Source: an uncultured virus (IMG/VR IMGVR_UViG_3300024518_004509) (Duplodnaviria > Heunggongvirae > Uroviricota > Caudoviricetes). From it: a stretch of DNA of 64,000 nucleotides. The notes beneath the pieces were generated by a model. That model had not been told where the DNA came from and searched no databases. It saw nothing but the letters and a program-made list of their open reading frames with translations. Location of the stretch: the IMG/VR virus record IMGVR_UViG_3300024518_004509. One strand, 5' to 3'. Numbering within the stretch: the first letter of the stretch is position 1; every line of letters begins with the position of its first letter. A program made the translations under genes and the position numbers. This document shows, piece by piece, positions 21,600 to 30,033 of the stretch.

Positions 21600-22232
21600 T
21601 TAAAATGATTTATTTCCATCACTCAGGGATTCCTTTTGTCCACCTTTGGTAGAGCCTGCTGTTTCAGAGGCTTTCAGAGAATCCATCGCCGAGAGTATAA
21701 TTCCGTTTATCTTTTCCGTGGCAGCGAACATCCTGTCCAACTGGTCTGCCGAACCTTTTTTGAGCACATTCTTATTTCCTACCTGTTCATAATAATCTAC
21801 ACTGTACTCTGTATCGGTTATAAAGGTAGTCCTTTCATCAAGTTTCTTTTCCAGCCTGCGCAAAGAAATACCCAGAGGTGTATCAATGCTTTTCTCAAAC
21901 TGTATAATAGTATCACGAAGATCCATTCCCGGAGGCATCAATAGAACCTTACACTTTTCAGGTGCTTCCAACAGGTTCACCATAAAATGCTCATCATCAA
22001 AAAGCTGCTCCCCTGATACTTCCCATTTGTCCAGTTCCGGTTGAGAGTAGATGGCACTCTTCCTGTCATAACACAGAGCAAGAAGCCACATGAATCTTGA
22101 AGACTTCTCAAGGTTCTCCTTTTTATTGATACGGTATATTTCCCCAAAGATACTATGTACCTTATAAGAAGGGTATTCCAACCAGTAATTTACCTTCAGG
22201 TCAAAATTGTCTATTGGATGAAGTTGTATCAT
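21600..22232 (-). CDS. Putative terminase small subunit
   Basis: 210 aa directly upstream of TerL, helical, ending in the basic/Gly tail KGGQKES. Positional inference. Confidence 0.5.
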   Translation of the reverse strand: MIQLHPIDNFDLKVNYWLEYPSYKVHSIFGEIYRINKKENLEKSSRFMWLLALCYDRKSAIYSQPELDKWEVSGEQLFDDEHFMVNLLEAPEKCKVLLMPPGMDLRDTIIQFEKSIDTPLGISLRRLEKKLDERTTFITDTEYSVDYYEQVGNKNVLKKGSADQLDRMFAATEKINGIILSAMDSLKASETAGSTKGGQKESLSDGNKSF

Positions 22233-22368
22233 AATTTTTTATATAATTTATTTCCACGAGTAAAATACTCTTCCTGAATATCATATTCACATCCACACTC
22301 TCCCTGTTCCAAGAACCTTATGAATATTGCTACACGCTTTTTATTGATGTAATAATATTCAGCATTCA

Positions 22369-22776
22369 TTATCTGGAAGCAAGCTTATTTTGCAGGATGC
22401 TCCCCATATGCTGCCACACCTTATCCAGTGCTTTTTCCTTTGCTATCTTATTGCCTATCTTCGGGTCGTAATTGTCAGGGTCTACCACACCTGCAGTTCC
22501 CACTACTTCAAATCCGTCCACCAGTGTAAGATGGCATACAGTTATTTTCTTCCCTTGTTTGATATACGCTTCATGCATTATGGCATTTTCCACTTCTTGT
22601 TGCGTTACCGTGTTTCCTTTAATTGTGATTGGTTTCATTCTTCTGTTGTTTTTTGTAACCATTATCGGCCAGGTGTATTGCTCAGACGTATCTGGACCCT
22701 TTGGATATTTGGTCAATAATTCATTAATCTTTTTTGCGGCTCTTCTGTGACGTTCAGAGAACATGTTACTTTTCAT
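22369..22776 (-). CDS. N4 Gp49/Sf6 gp66 family protein (candidate nucleotide-signal sponge)
   Basis: ITVCHLTLVDGFEVVGTAGVVDPDNYDPKIG..IA.EKALDKVW matches the family signature. True start may be downstream (e.g. 22638). Confidence 0.75.
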   Translation of the reverse strand: MKSNMFSERHRRAAKKINELLTKYPKGPDTSEQYTWPIMVTKNNRRMKPITIKGNTVTQQEVENAIMHEAYIKQGKKITVCHLTLVDGFEVVGTAGVVDPDNYDPKIGNKIAKEKALDKVWQHMGSILQNKLASR

Positions 22777-22881
22777 TCTAAAAACATATTTAATAGTTCA
22801 TAATCCGGTTCTATATTATTAGGGTCATAATCCAACAACCCTTCAGGTTCTTCATGTAATGTATATCTCAACTCAGCCCAG

Positions 22882-23661
22882 TTACTTGGCTGGGCCATCC
22901 ACATTTTCTTCGATCCTATTCTGATCAACGAGTACGTCATAAAACATTTCTAATAGTATTCCATAGGAAGTGTTGAACAGCATAGGTCTGTCCCATTTCC
23001 CTTTTTTGTTTCTGTAAATATCGCGATATTTTGGCAATATAGGATAATGCCGTGAAATTTTTTCTGTAAGTACTGTAATGCGCTTCTTGTCTGCAATGGG
23101 TGCATCAGTGGAATCAAACAACTTCGCAAACTCCTTTACAAGTGTTTCCAGAGACGCTACCTTGGTATCGTATTCTGCCTTGAGTGCATCAATGGCAGCC
23201 TTACGTTCTTTCAAGAACTCAATGGTGTATTTGTCAGTTACTTTCTTGATCTTTGCTTTTTGCTTTTCCCAGAGTACCTTGGCTTTCTCGGAATCCTTTT
23301 CCACAATATCTATAAGTCCTATATCAGTAAGATACTTTTTCAGATCTTCCTGTATATGTGGATATACGGGTGTCCCGTAATTTGCCCAGAAGTACATCGG
23401 GGAATTCCTGCAATTGTGCAGTTCCTTATCCCAGAACTCATTGTCTGAAAATTCCTGTGCATACCGGGCTACATTCATTCGCTGTCCTTCGAGATCCACT
23501 ATCATAAGTGGTGATTTCTTGTCATCATCTCCGTAGAGCTGTGGCTTGGTACCTCCTTTGGAAGAGTCCCAGTATACCAGATGATGCTGTTCATAAATCT
23601 TTGTCAGGTTCCCCGGATCCAATCCTTGAGGAAGACTTTTAATGTCGTAGACTAATTTCAT
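22882..23661 (-). CDS. Hypothetical protein
   Basis: 259 aa ORF in operon. Contains ELHNCRNSPMYFWANY, reminiscent of terminase N-terminal segments. Confidence 0.6.
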   Translation of the reverse strand: MKLVYDIKSLPQGLDPGNLTKIYEQHHLVYWDSSKGGTKPQLYGDDDKKSPLMIVDLEGQRMNVARYAQEFSDNEFWDKELHNCRNSPMYFWANYGTPVYPHIQEDLKKYLTDIGLIDIVEKDSEKAKVLWEKQKAKIKKVTDKYTIEFLKERKAAIDALKAEYDTKVASLETLVKEFAKLFDSTDAPIADKKRITVLTEKISRHYPILPKYRDIYRNKKGKWDRPMLFNTSYGILLEMFYDVLVDQNRIEENVDGPAK

Positions 23662-23667
23662 TTGCTG

Positions 23668-23934
23668 TTATTTAAATTCATAAGGTTCTTCAACCTGTTG
23701 TGTTATTTTCTTTTCCCTGCTGTTGACTACCTTGAACCGTTCCCATGCCAGATGCATTCTCATGGCAGGAGAGATGAAAGTGCCTACCTTTCTCAAATAC
23801 ACACTCACATCTTTCTTACCCTTAAGAGCCTGACGTGCTACATTTAACTGTGAAGCCACTATAGCATCCACAGATCTTACAGGAAGACCAAGTCTGTCAG
23901 CCACCTGTCGTATTATCCTGCCCTTGTTATCCAT
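23668..23934 (-). CDS. HU/IHF-like DNA-binding protein
   Basis: IIRQVADRLGL...VDAIV...SVYLRKVGTF pattern. Confidence 0.65.
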   Translation of the reverse strand: MDNKGRIIRQVADRLGLPVRSVDAIVASQLNVARQALKGKKDVSVYLRKVGTFISPAMRMHLAWERFKVVNSREKKITQQVEEPYEFK

Positions 23935-24307
23935 CTATCATAAATTGAAATGTCAGACTTCTGTTGGGCACAAGCGAAGGATTGATGGAATACTTTCCAT
24001 CGGTCTTCGCCAGAATATTCTTTTTGGTAAGGGCATTGAATGTATTGTTGAGGTGGGCTGCAGAAATACCCAGCTTTGTCACCACGTCTTTACGTGTCTC
24101 GGTAGAGAACAGTAAAATGGAAGCATAAGGTTCTGTCACTCCATTGGCTACATATTCAGAATACTTGGACACCAACTTGGAAGTGACCTCCAGTTGTTTT
24201 TCTGTGAGTCGTTCATTCGCTAAATAAATTCGAAGGTAATTGGATATGACCTGAGAAGGTGTACCCTTGATCTTGATGACAATATTGTCTTCTTTTATAG
24301 GTATCAT
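23927..24307 (-). CDS. RepL-like winged-helix protein
   Basis: Start moved to MIPIKE because the upstream extension is the promoter. KLGISAAHLNN.F.AL.KKNIL...YSINP HTH-wing. Confidence 0.6.
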   Translation of the reverse strand: MIPIKEDNIVIKIKGTPSQVISNYLRIYLANERLTEKQLEVTSKLVSKYSEYVANGVTEPYASILLFSTETRKDVVTKLGISAAHLNNTFNALTKKNILAKTDGKYSINPSLVPNRSLTFQFMIDG

Positions 24308-24326
24308 AATGCTTTTGTTGTTGTTA

Positions 24327-24357
24327 CAAATATATAACAAAAATTGTTACATAACAA
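24327..24357 (-). promoter_or_regulatory. Bacteroidota-type promoter
   Basis: Minus strand TTG-N20-TATATTTG (24334-24327), about 20 nt upstream of ATG 24307. Confidence 0.65.
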
Positions 24358-24368
24358 CACAAAAATTA

Positions 24369-24635
24369 TTATAATTTTTCTATAAATGCATCTATTTGAT
24401 TATCAATATCTTGCACATCAAGTACATCCTGTCGGACTAAATACTCCCGACCTTTCTTGGTGAGCTTATAGAAATTCTCCATCATTGGTTCCACATACCC
24501 ACCGGCACGAAGACGCATCAGCATATTGGTATACTGTTTACCAATAGGCATATAATGCACATGTGTTGTCTGGTAGAACCCTGACATGGCTATGGCCAGA
24601 AGCACTTCTTTCTTTGTAGCCTGAATTTTCTCCAT
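24369..24635 (-). CDS. Small winged-helix-like protein
   Basis: LMRLRAGGYVE...YKLTKKGREYL wing motif. Confidence 0.5.
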   Translation of the reverse strand: MEKIQATKKEVLLAIAMSGFYQTTHVHYMPIGKQYTNMLMRLRAGGYVEPMMENFYKLTKKGREYLVRQDVLDVQDIDNQIDAFIEKL

Positions 24636-24662
24636 ACAAAAAGAGCGCCGAAGCGCCCTGTA

Positions 24663-24983
24663 TTATTTCTCGATTACAATGTGTGTGACCTGTCCTTTGG
24701 AATCCTTGACTCCTACAACATCCCACGTTTCATCTACAAGCAATTGTTTTCCTGCTTCAGCTACAAGTTCGAATTTTGCATTGGCATCAGCGCCCTGTGG
24801 ATGACCTTGTGGACATGCCTTTGCAAATACAGCATCCTCGATCTGTTTTGCCACATCCTTATCCAGTTTGGCATTTACTGCCTTTAACTTTTGCGCTTTA
24901 CTAGGCTGTTTTTTCTTCACGACTCCGGGTGTGGAGGCGCTGGGTTTTTTCGACTTAGCTTTTTTAGGTTTTTCATTTGACAT
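24663..24983 (-). CDS. Hypothetical basic protein
   Basis: 106 aa, Lys-rich N-terminus, A-rich start context. Confidence 0.55.
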   Translation of the reverse strand: MSNEKPKKAKSKKPSASTPGVVKKKQPSKAQKLKAVNAKLDKDVAKQIEDAVFAKACPQGHPQGADANAKFELVAEAGKQLLVDETWDVVGVKDSKGQVTHIVIEK

Positions 24984-24999
24984 AATATTTTAATTTAGT

Positions 25000-25914
25000 T
25001 TAAACTTCTGGTAAAGATATATAATTTTGTTGATACATCCGTCTAAATTCCACAGCTCTTGATTTGGACACCCCTAATTTATACACCATTTCATCCAATG
25101 ACATATTAATATGATCGAGGGCCAGGAACTCCTTATATTTATCAGCAGACTTCTCAGATTTAAAAGGTGCATAGGAATTATGCTCTTCAATAACCCTCTT
25201 TGTCCTTTCTCCCATATATTTTCGAATAGTCTTGGCAGGTGTGATGTTCCCGTTGCGTACCACCATCTTTGTATTCTCTATACGAGGTGCAGTTATCTTG
25301 ACAAAAACCTCCACATCAATCAAATGCTCAGCAGCAATATGAATAGCAGATTCCATACGTTCCTTAACAGCTTCACCTCTGCAGATAGCCTTGATACGCA
25401 TCTTCTGAACAGGTGAGAACTTGCTATCCCTGTGAAACATCACTATATCCTGGTTATCCGGATACTTATAAAAAGACTTCTGCTCTGCTACCAAGAATAC
25501 CACAATAGGTTCCACCTCTTCAAATCTCAATACCGGTACAGCAATCTCTTTGGAAGATACCTGCGACTCTCTCATCTCAATTACAGAGAACTGCAGGATA
25601 ATACATTCTGTTATCTTTTTAATCATCAACTTATCAGGGTGAGGATTCAAGTACAATATTCTCTGGATAAGTTCTTTCAGGTAAGGATCCGTGATAGTCT
25701 TTATTCTGGAAGCATAGAACTTGTTGAACTTCGGTACATGAAAAGGGTTGGCAAAATACAGCACATTCTCATCTTCCATATCATTAAAGTACACCTTTGT
25801 AATGAGCCCGAAACCCTCAAGAACCTCCTTATCCCTGAACTCTACATCTTCAATACATAATTTTAATCTTACTTTTCCTGTTGTGTTCTTCCTGATTTTA
25901 AATATACTTTTCAT
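25000..25914 (-). CDS. Hypothetical protein with C-terminal HTH
   Basis: 304 aa, ending MSLDEMVYKLGVSKSRAVEFRR. Confidence 0.55.
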   Translation of the reverse strand: MKSIFKIRKNTTGKVRLKLCIEDVEFRDKEVLEGFGLITKVYFNDMEDENVLYFANPFHVPKFNKFYASRIKTITDPYLKELIQRILYLNPHPDKLMIKKITECIILQFSVIEMRESQVSSKEIAVPVLRFEEVEPIVVFLVAEQKSFYKYPDNQDIVMFHRDSKFSPVQKMRIKAICRGEAVKERMESAIHIAAEHLIDVEVFVKITAPRIENTKMVVRNGNITPAKTIRKYMGERTKRVIEEHNSYAPFKSEKSADKYKEFLALDHINMSLDEMVYKLGVSKSRAVEFRRMYQQNYISLPEV

Positions 25915-25985
25915 CTGATTTTAGTAGGGGTACCGAAAGTGTCCCATTAGTAGCCTATTACTATTAGGGCACTAACAGGACACTT

Positions 25986-26195
25986 TTAGTACTGTTGTTT
26001 AAAAGGGTGTCTTACCTGCTCAAAATCTTTCTCGGTCAACTCACCAACATTCAGGTAATATTGCAGGTACGATTCTATAGCTTCCTTAGATACTTTTAAA
26101 GGAGAACACCAAGGACAGTAGGCTCCTGTAGGATAACTGTCATACAACAGATTCCTCTTCAAGTTCCTATTCTTTATGGTTCTCCATGTTTTCAT
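25986..26195 (-). CDS. Hypothetical protein (CxxC)
   Basis: Start MKTWRT at 26195, just after the TACCTTTG box. Contains CPWC. Confidence 0.45.
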   Translation of the reverse strand: MKTWRTIKNRNLKRNLLYDSYPTGAYCPWCSPLKVSKEAIESYLQYYLNVGELTEKDFEQVRHPFKQQY

Positions 26196-26199
26196 ACAG

Positions 26200-26207
26200 C
26201 AAAGGTA
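26200..26207 (-). promoter_or_regulatory. -7 promoter box at the start of the leftward arm
   Basis: Minus strand TACCTTTG = TAnnTTTG. No well-spaced -33 box seen. Confidence 0.5.
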
Positions 26208-26350
26208 CGAAAAATTTTCAGAAAAAATACTATAGGGCAAAATAAAATTTTTATGCGGCTATTTGTGGGGGTGATATAGTAACACCACCCCCGTATCGAG
26301 TTTCGGTCCCGTTGGGCCACACTGTTTTATTCACATAAAAACTTAAAGAA

Positions 26351-26797
26351 ATGACACAAACAGAGATTAAAAACCGTTTGGCAACGGCTGCACAGGCCAA
26401 AGCCTTTAACAAAGATTTAGTAATTGCTAATGGAGCGAACCCAGCGTTGTGGGTTTTAGACACCGATGGTGCTCTATGGTTTAAGGCAACAGTCACCAGA
26501 ACATCTGAAGATAAAGGTGCTTATCTTAAGCCTTCGCATACTGCTCATGGTAACTTGTACACAACTGCTGATATGACAGATTTTGACTTCGTTCAAAACA
26601 TCTTCTCTCAACGTCCCGGTGAGAGTGAATCAGTAAATGTGATAGTTAAAGTTGCAAAGCAATCACCACTTGACGTGGATGAATCATTGGTTGAAGCACG
26701 CTATGCTGATAATCCAAAGGCTATCGCCAATTGGAAACAAGCTCGCGAACGCGAAGGTTCCGTTCGATTGGTAGCTATCGCTATCGAAGAAATATAG
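26351..26797 (+). CDS. First gene of the rightward (early) arm, hypothetical
   Basis: 148 aa with A-rich start context and its own terminator. Confidence 0.75.
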   Translation: MTQTEIKNRLATAAQAKAFNKDLVIANGANPALWVLDTDGALWFKATVTRTSEDKGAYLKPSHTAHGNLYTTADMTDFDFVQNIFSQRPGESESVNVIVKVAKQSPLDVDESLVEARYADNPKAIANWKQAREREGSVRLVAIAIEEI

Positions 26798-26816
26798 GCT
26801 GTTGCCTATATTTTTT
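26791..26816 (+). terminator. Intrinsic terminator
   Basis: AATATAGGC-tgtt-GCCTATATT followed by T-tract. Confidence 0.7.
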
Positions 26817-26825
26817 AAAGCTCTA

Positions 26826-27550
26826 CTAACTCACACGCCTCACAGTTCTTTCTCAAGGACTGTTTAGTGTCACTAACGACACTCTAAGTGGCTGTGAGTG
26901 TGGGTTTTAGAACCTTCCCCCAATAAAAGACAATTTAACTGTTTATTGCACTCATACACCAATAAATCAGTATTCATAGCATAAAATACTTAAACTATCT
27001 TCAATCAAAACTAAAACCTCGGGTAACGCAATAGCTAAGCATGAGTTCCCTGTTACTGTAATCCAAACAATGAGGTGGTAACATTAACAATGTCATGGTC
27101 TATCCAGTTGTAGAGAACCTGGACTAGATAGTTTAAGTTATAATATAGACTCTTGCTAAAAGGCCCGTAATCTTGCATAAAATAGCTCCGTAATGGTTGC
27201 AATGATAGCAGGTGGGTGCTGCCTTGCAAGAGTCTTGCCCTATTCTGAGGAGAGTCCTTGGAAATTAATGTTTGTGAGTGTCAATTAAACTCTCTTTGTG
27301 CAATGAAGTCCTTTAGCCTGCCACAGCTATGTTAGCGACTTCCACAAATATACTAATATAAGAAGCTCTACTTAAGGGTAACCTGACTTGATTGATATCT
27401 TGAACCAAGCAGCGTTAAAATTGAGCATACACATCTTAATATGGAATAGCCAAGGGTAGGATATTAGACCTGCGGCGCTGATGGTTGTATTGGTAGTACA
27501 ATCACGGTAATAAACGACACTAATGCCACTGACACTTGATCAAGTCAGTG
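26826..27550 (+). ncRNA. Tandem structured RNA domains (unknown function)
   Basis: ORF-free, with consecutive closing stems, e.g. 26988-27000/27126-27138 (13 bp), 27147-56/27226-35 and 27383-92/27539-48. Confidence 0.55.
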
Positions 27551-27563
27551 GTATAATACTTTA

Positions 27564-27624
27564 AGTCATCCAGAAGACTATAACAATTACACTGAAGAGG
27601 CTGGACGAAACAATATGTCTGTAA
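27564..27624 (+). ncRNA. Type I hammerhead ribozyme with loop-loop pseudoknot
   Basis: TTACA-CTGAAGA-G-GCTGGA-C-GAAA-C-AATAT-GTC-TGTAA. Full core, stem I TTACA/TGTAA, stem III ACA/TGT. Loop II CTGGA pairs with TCCAG in the upstream AGTC-ATCCAGAA-GACT hairpin. Confidence 0.82.
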
Positions 27625-27647
27625 AAATCATTTAAAAACTTAAAACA

Positions 27648-28016
27648 ATGGCAATGACTAAAAATGAAAAACAACTGAAACATGCACATCCTGTGCAAGT
27701 AGTGACTACATTCAAATCAACTGATGTGATAGTAGGTGGAACTGTATTCTTGACAGCTGAAGATTGTAGAGGTATTCTACGTCTCACTGATACTGAAATC
27801 TATCCTGATGTTGATGATATTATCATAGACAAAGAACTACCTGGTGACATCAAAGCAACACCTGAAGGACTGGAGCTTATAACTACGCAAGAACTTGGAT
27901 ATTTATACCAATGTTCTGATATTCTGGAAACTATCGCCAAAGGTATCTTACATACTTCAGGTAAAGCAACCAATGGTAAAGACTTACTTGCTAAACTCAC
28001 TCATATCCCTGAATAA
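27648..28016 (+). CDS. Hypothetical early protein
   Basis: 122 aa, starting 28 nt after the hammerhead cleavage site. Confidence 0.7.
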   Translation: MAMTKNEKQLKHAHPVQVVTTFKSTDVIVGGTVFLTAEDCRGILRLTDTEIYPDVDDIIIDKELPGDIKATPEGLELITTQELGYLYQCSDILETIAKGILHTSGKATNGKDLLAKLTHIPE

Positions 28017-28243
28017 TGATGAGTATAGAAATGTTGAAGAAGTTCAAATCACTCACCATAGCAGCCGATAAAGGTTATTATGGTGAGTATATTGAACAAC
28101 TACTATCAACTAGTTATAGAACAACTAGTCAGAAGATAGAGGAAGTTGAGAAGTTTGCTGATTCAAGGTTCGCCAGTGGTAAGAAATTTGGTAGAACTAT
28201 GGCAATAGAACAAATAGAACGTGAACTTGAAAGAATAAAGTAA
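28016..28243 (+). CDS. Hypothetical protein
   Basis: 75 aa, coupled through TAATG. Confidence 0.6.
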   Translation: MMSIEMLKKFKSLTIAADKGYYGEYIEQLLSTSYRTTSQKIEEVEKFADSRFASGKKFGRTMAIEQIERELERIK

Positions 28244-28244
28244 T

Positions 28245-28700
28245 CATTAAATATACGCGCTGGCACAAATACACAAAACCAGATGGATCAATCGGCACAC
28301 ACCTCGGACATTAAGTTACTGGGGAATAATGGGAGTTGTCGGGTATGTTATTTAACTCTTTTATCTAAGCAGAGGGCTTAACAGCCTAACGGTTTACTGT
28401 CTGTATTAGTCAGGCGTAGAAGAGTTTATAGCTATTATGAGGCGAGTTCGTCGTGCGATGCTAATATAAATGCGTTGCAAAAAAGAACCAGAATGGTAAG
28501 TGTCTAAGCAGGAGAGATCTTCAATACAGACTGAAATTAGTGCGATGTACGTGACGAGTACAATGGCCTATTACCCATAATAGCTTATTTATTACTAACA
28601 AATTATCAGTATTAACAATTTAAATCTTTTAATTATGTAGTGTACACTGAAGACATACAGGGGTGAGTGACAACAGCCACCCCTTCTGTATCTACATTAA
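28245..28700 (+). ncRNA. Second block of tandem structured RNA domains
   Basis: ORF-free. Closing stems 28354-64/28416-26, 28430-39/28576-85 and 28635-40/28692-97. Confidence 0.5.
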
Positions 28701-28728
28701 CATTTAAAATCCTTAAAAATCAAATAAA

Positions 28729-29073
28729 ATGAAACAATTTATTATTTTACTGCTTATAGCAGTTATGATGTCCTGTACATCACGCTCTGGTCAGAGATTA
28801 AAACATTTGGAAGCTGTTAAGGCTCAATTAGAACTTGAACAACCTAATTATTATGTGGTTGACAGTGTTACTGCCATCATGTATGAGTATACTCGGGATT
28901 CAACCGATATTAAATATACTCTGGTGGTTGATGATGTGGTAATGACTAAAGCATTTACCTATCATAGAGTATTTGAGATGATTGCTACATATCAGGAAGA
29001 CCATGTAAAAGAACTGACAGAACATCTGATGTTCACATACAATGACCAATACCTGATACCATTTAAATTCTAA
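28729..29073 (+). CDS. Putative lipoprotein
   Basis: MKQFIILLLIAVMMS-C lipobox-like signal. Confidence 0.6.
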   Translation: MKQFIILLLIAVMMSCTSRSGQRLKHLEAVKAQLELEQPNYYVVDSVTAIMYEYTRDSTDIKYTLVVDDVVMTKAFTYHRVFEMIATYQEDHVKELTEHLMFTYNDQYLIPFKF

Positions 29074-29079
29074 TTAGCT

Positions 29080-29286
29080 ATGATGAAAGAGTATTTATTT
29101 GTGATGGACTTTCATCGTCACACACTTAAACGTGTGGAACAGCATGAATCTCTAATTCCAGGTGGTTTCGGGGAAACCCAGAAAATCACTTATGTAGGAG
29201 GATCTGTCAGAGGCTTGGTTTACCGGGTTATCGCATTATCTTGGTCTGATGCTGTTGTATTATTTTACAACCATTTACAAGATTAA
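29080..29286 (+). CDS. Hypothetical protein
   Basis: 68 aa ORF in operon orientation. Confidence 0.5.
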   Translation: MMKEYLFVMDFHRHTLKRVEQHESLIPGGFGETQKITYVGGSVRGLVYRVIALSWSDAVVLFYNHLQD

Positions 29287-29464
29287 TAGGATACGACATC
29301 CTTGGTCTACGGACCTAAAGAGGATACGGTTACGGCCTGTGTGGGCGCCGCAGTAAATACACATACAGAGCAGGCTCTTTTCTTAAGGATAGTATAACAC
29401 TGTACCTTTGAGCATGCAAAAGGGCTGCTCTTTTTTCTTTAACTCTAAAAACTTTAACAAACAA

Positions 29465-29821
29465 ATGAAATCTGTAATAAACTTCGATATTGACTGGCGT
29501 GAGTGGGCATTTCCACTGGCAGGCAGTATCAAACGTGAAAAGAATAGTATAAGTGTCACAGAATATGAGATATTTATAGTATTATTGTTCATTCAAATGG
29601 AATGGACACTGACCTTTGACAAAAATGTAACTCGAGGTTCTTCAACCTTGGCTCTATCCTTAATTGGTGTGATTTGTATAATGGCTTCATTGGTAGTATT
29701 ACTTGCCGATGTACCTGAAGATACTGCGATCATGGCTATTGTAATATTTAAATTGCTTGGCTTTTCACTGTTCATAGCAGGTGTAATTCTATTCAGAAAA
29801 CTCTTAATGAAAAAACTATGA
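29465..29821 (+). CDS. Membrane protein
   Basis: Start MKSVIN after an A-rich leader. Two to three hydrophobic helices. Confidence 0.6.
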   Translation: MKSVINFDIDWREWAFPLAGSIKREKNSISVTEYEIFIVLLFIQMEWTLTFDKNVTRGSSTLALSLIGVICIMASLVVLLADVPEDTAIMAIVIFKLLGFSLFIAGVILFRKLLMKKL

Positions 29822-30033
29822 AAGTCAAACGTCCGAGGATCCAAGTCAGAAGAATACTCTTTTCAACCAACAAACAAAGAGCTCAAACAAAATTAATAAT
29901 CTTAAGGACTATACCTGTAAAGGCTTAGTCCTTAACTAAAGGAGAACCCTTTGCCATGACTCATACCAATGCCATTGATAGTATGACAAGCAGGTTTAAA
30001 GTTCTCCTTTTTCATTTAAAATCATTAAAAATC

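Noticed and set aside
15..25860. Numerous plus-strand ORFs opposite the structural genes
   Set aside because: They are shadow ORFs of long minus-strand genes with no plausible start context.
27245..27295. Second hammerhead (CTGAGGA...GAAA)
   Set aside because: No pyrimidine to close stem II before GAAA, and no NUH triplet or stem I partner.
28647..28697. Hammerhead from CTGAAGA at about 28647
   Set aside because: No downstream GAAA core element.
29325..29360. Twister-ribozyme-like CGGTTAC...GCAGTAA
   Set aside because: Only partial resemblance. I could not build the P1/P2 stems and pseudoknots.
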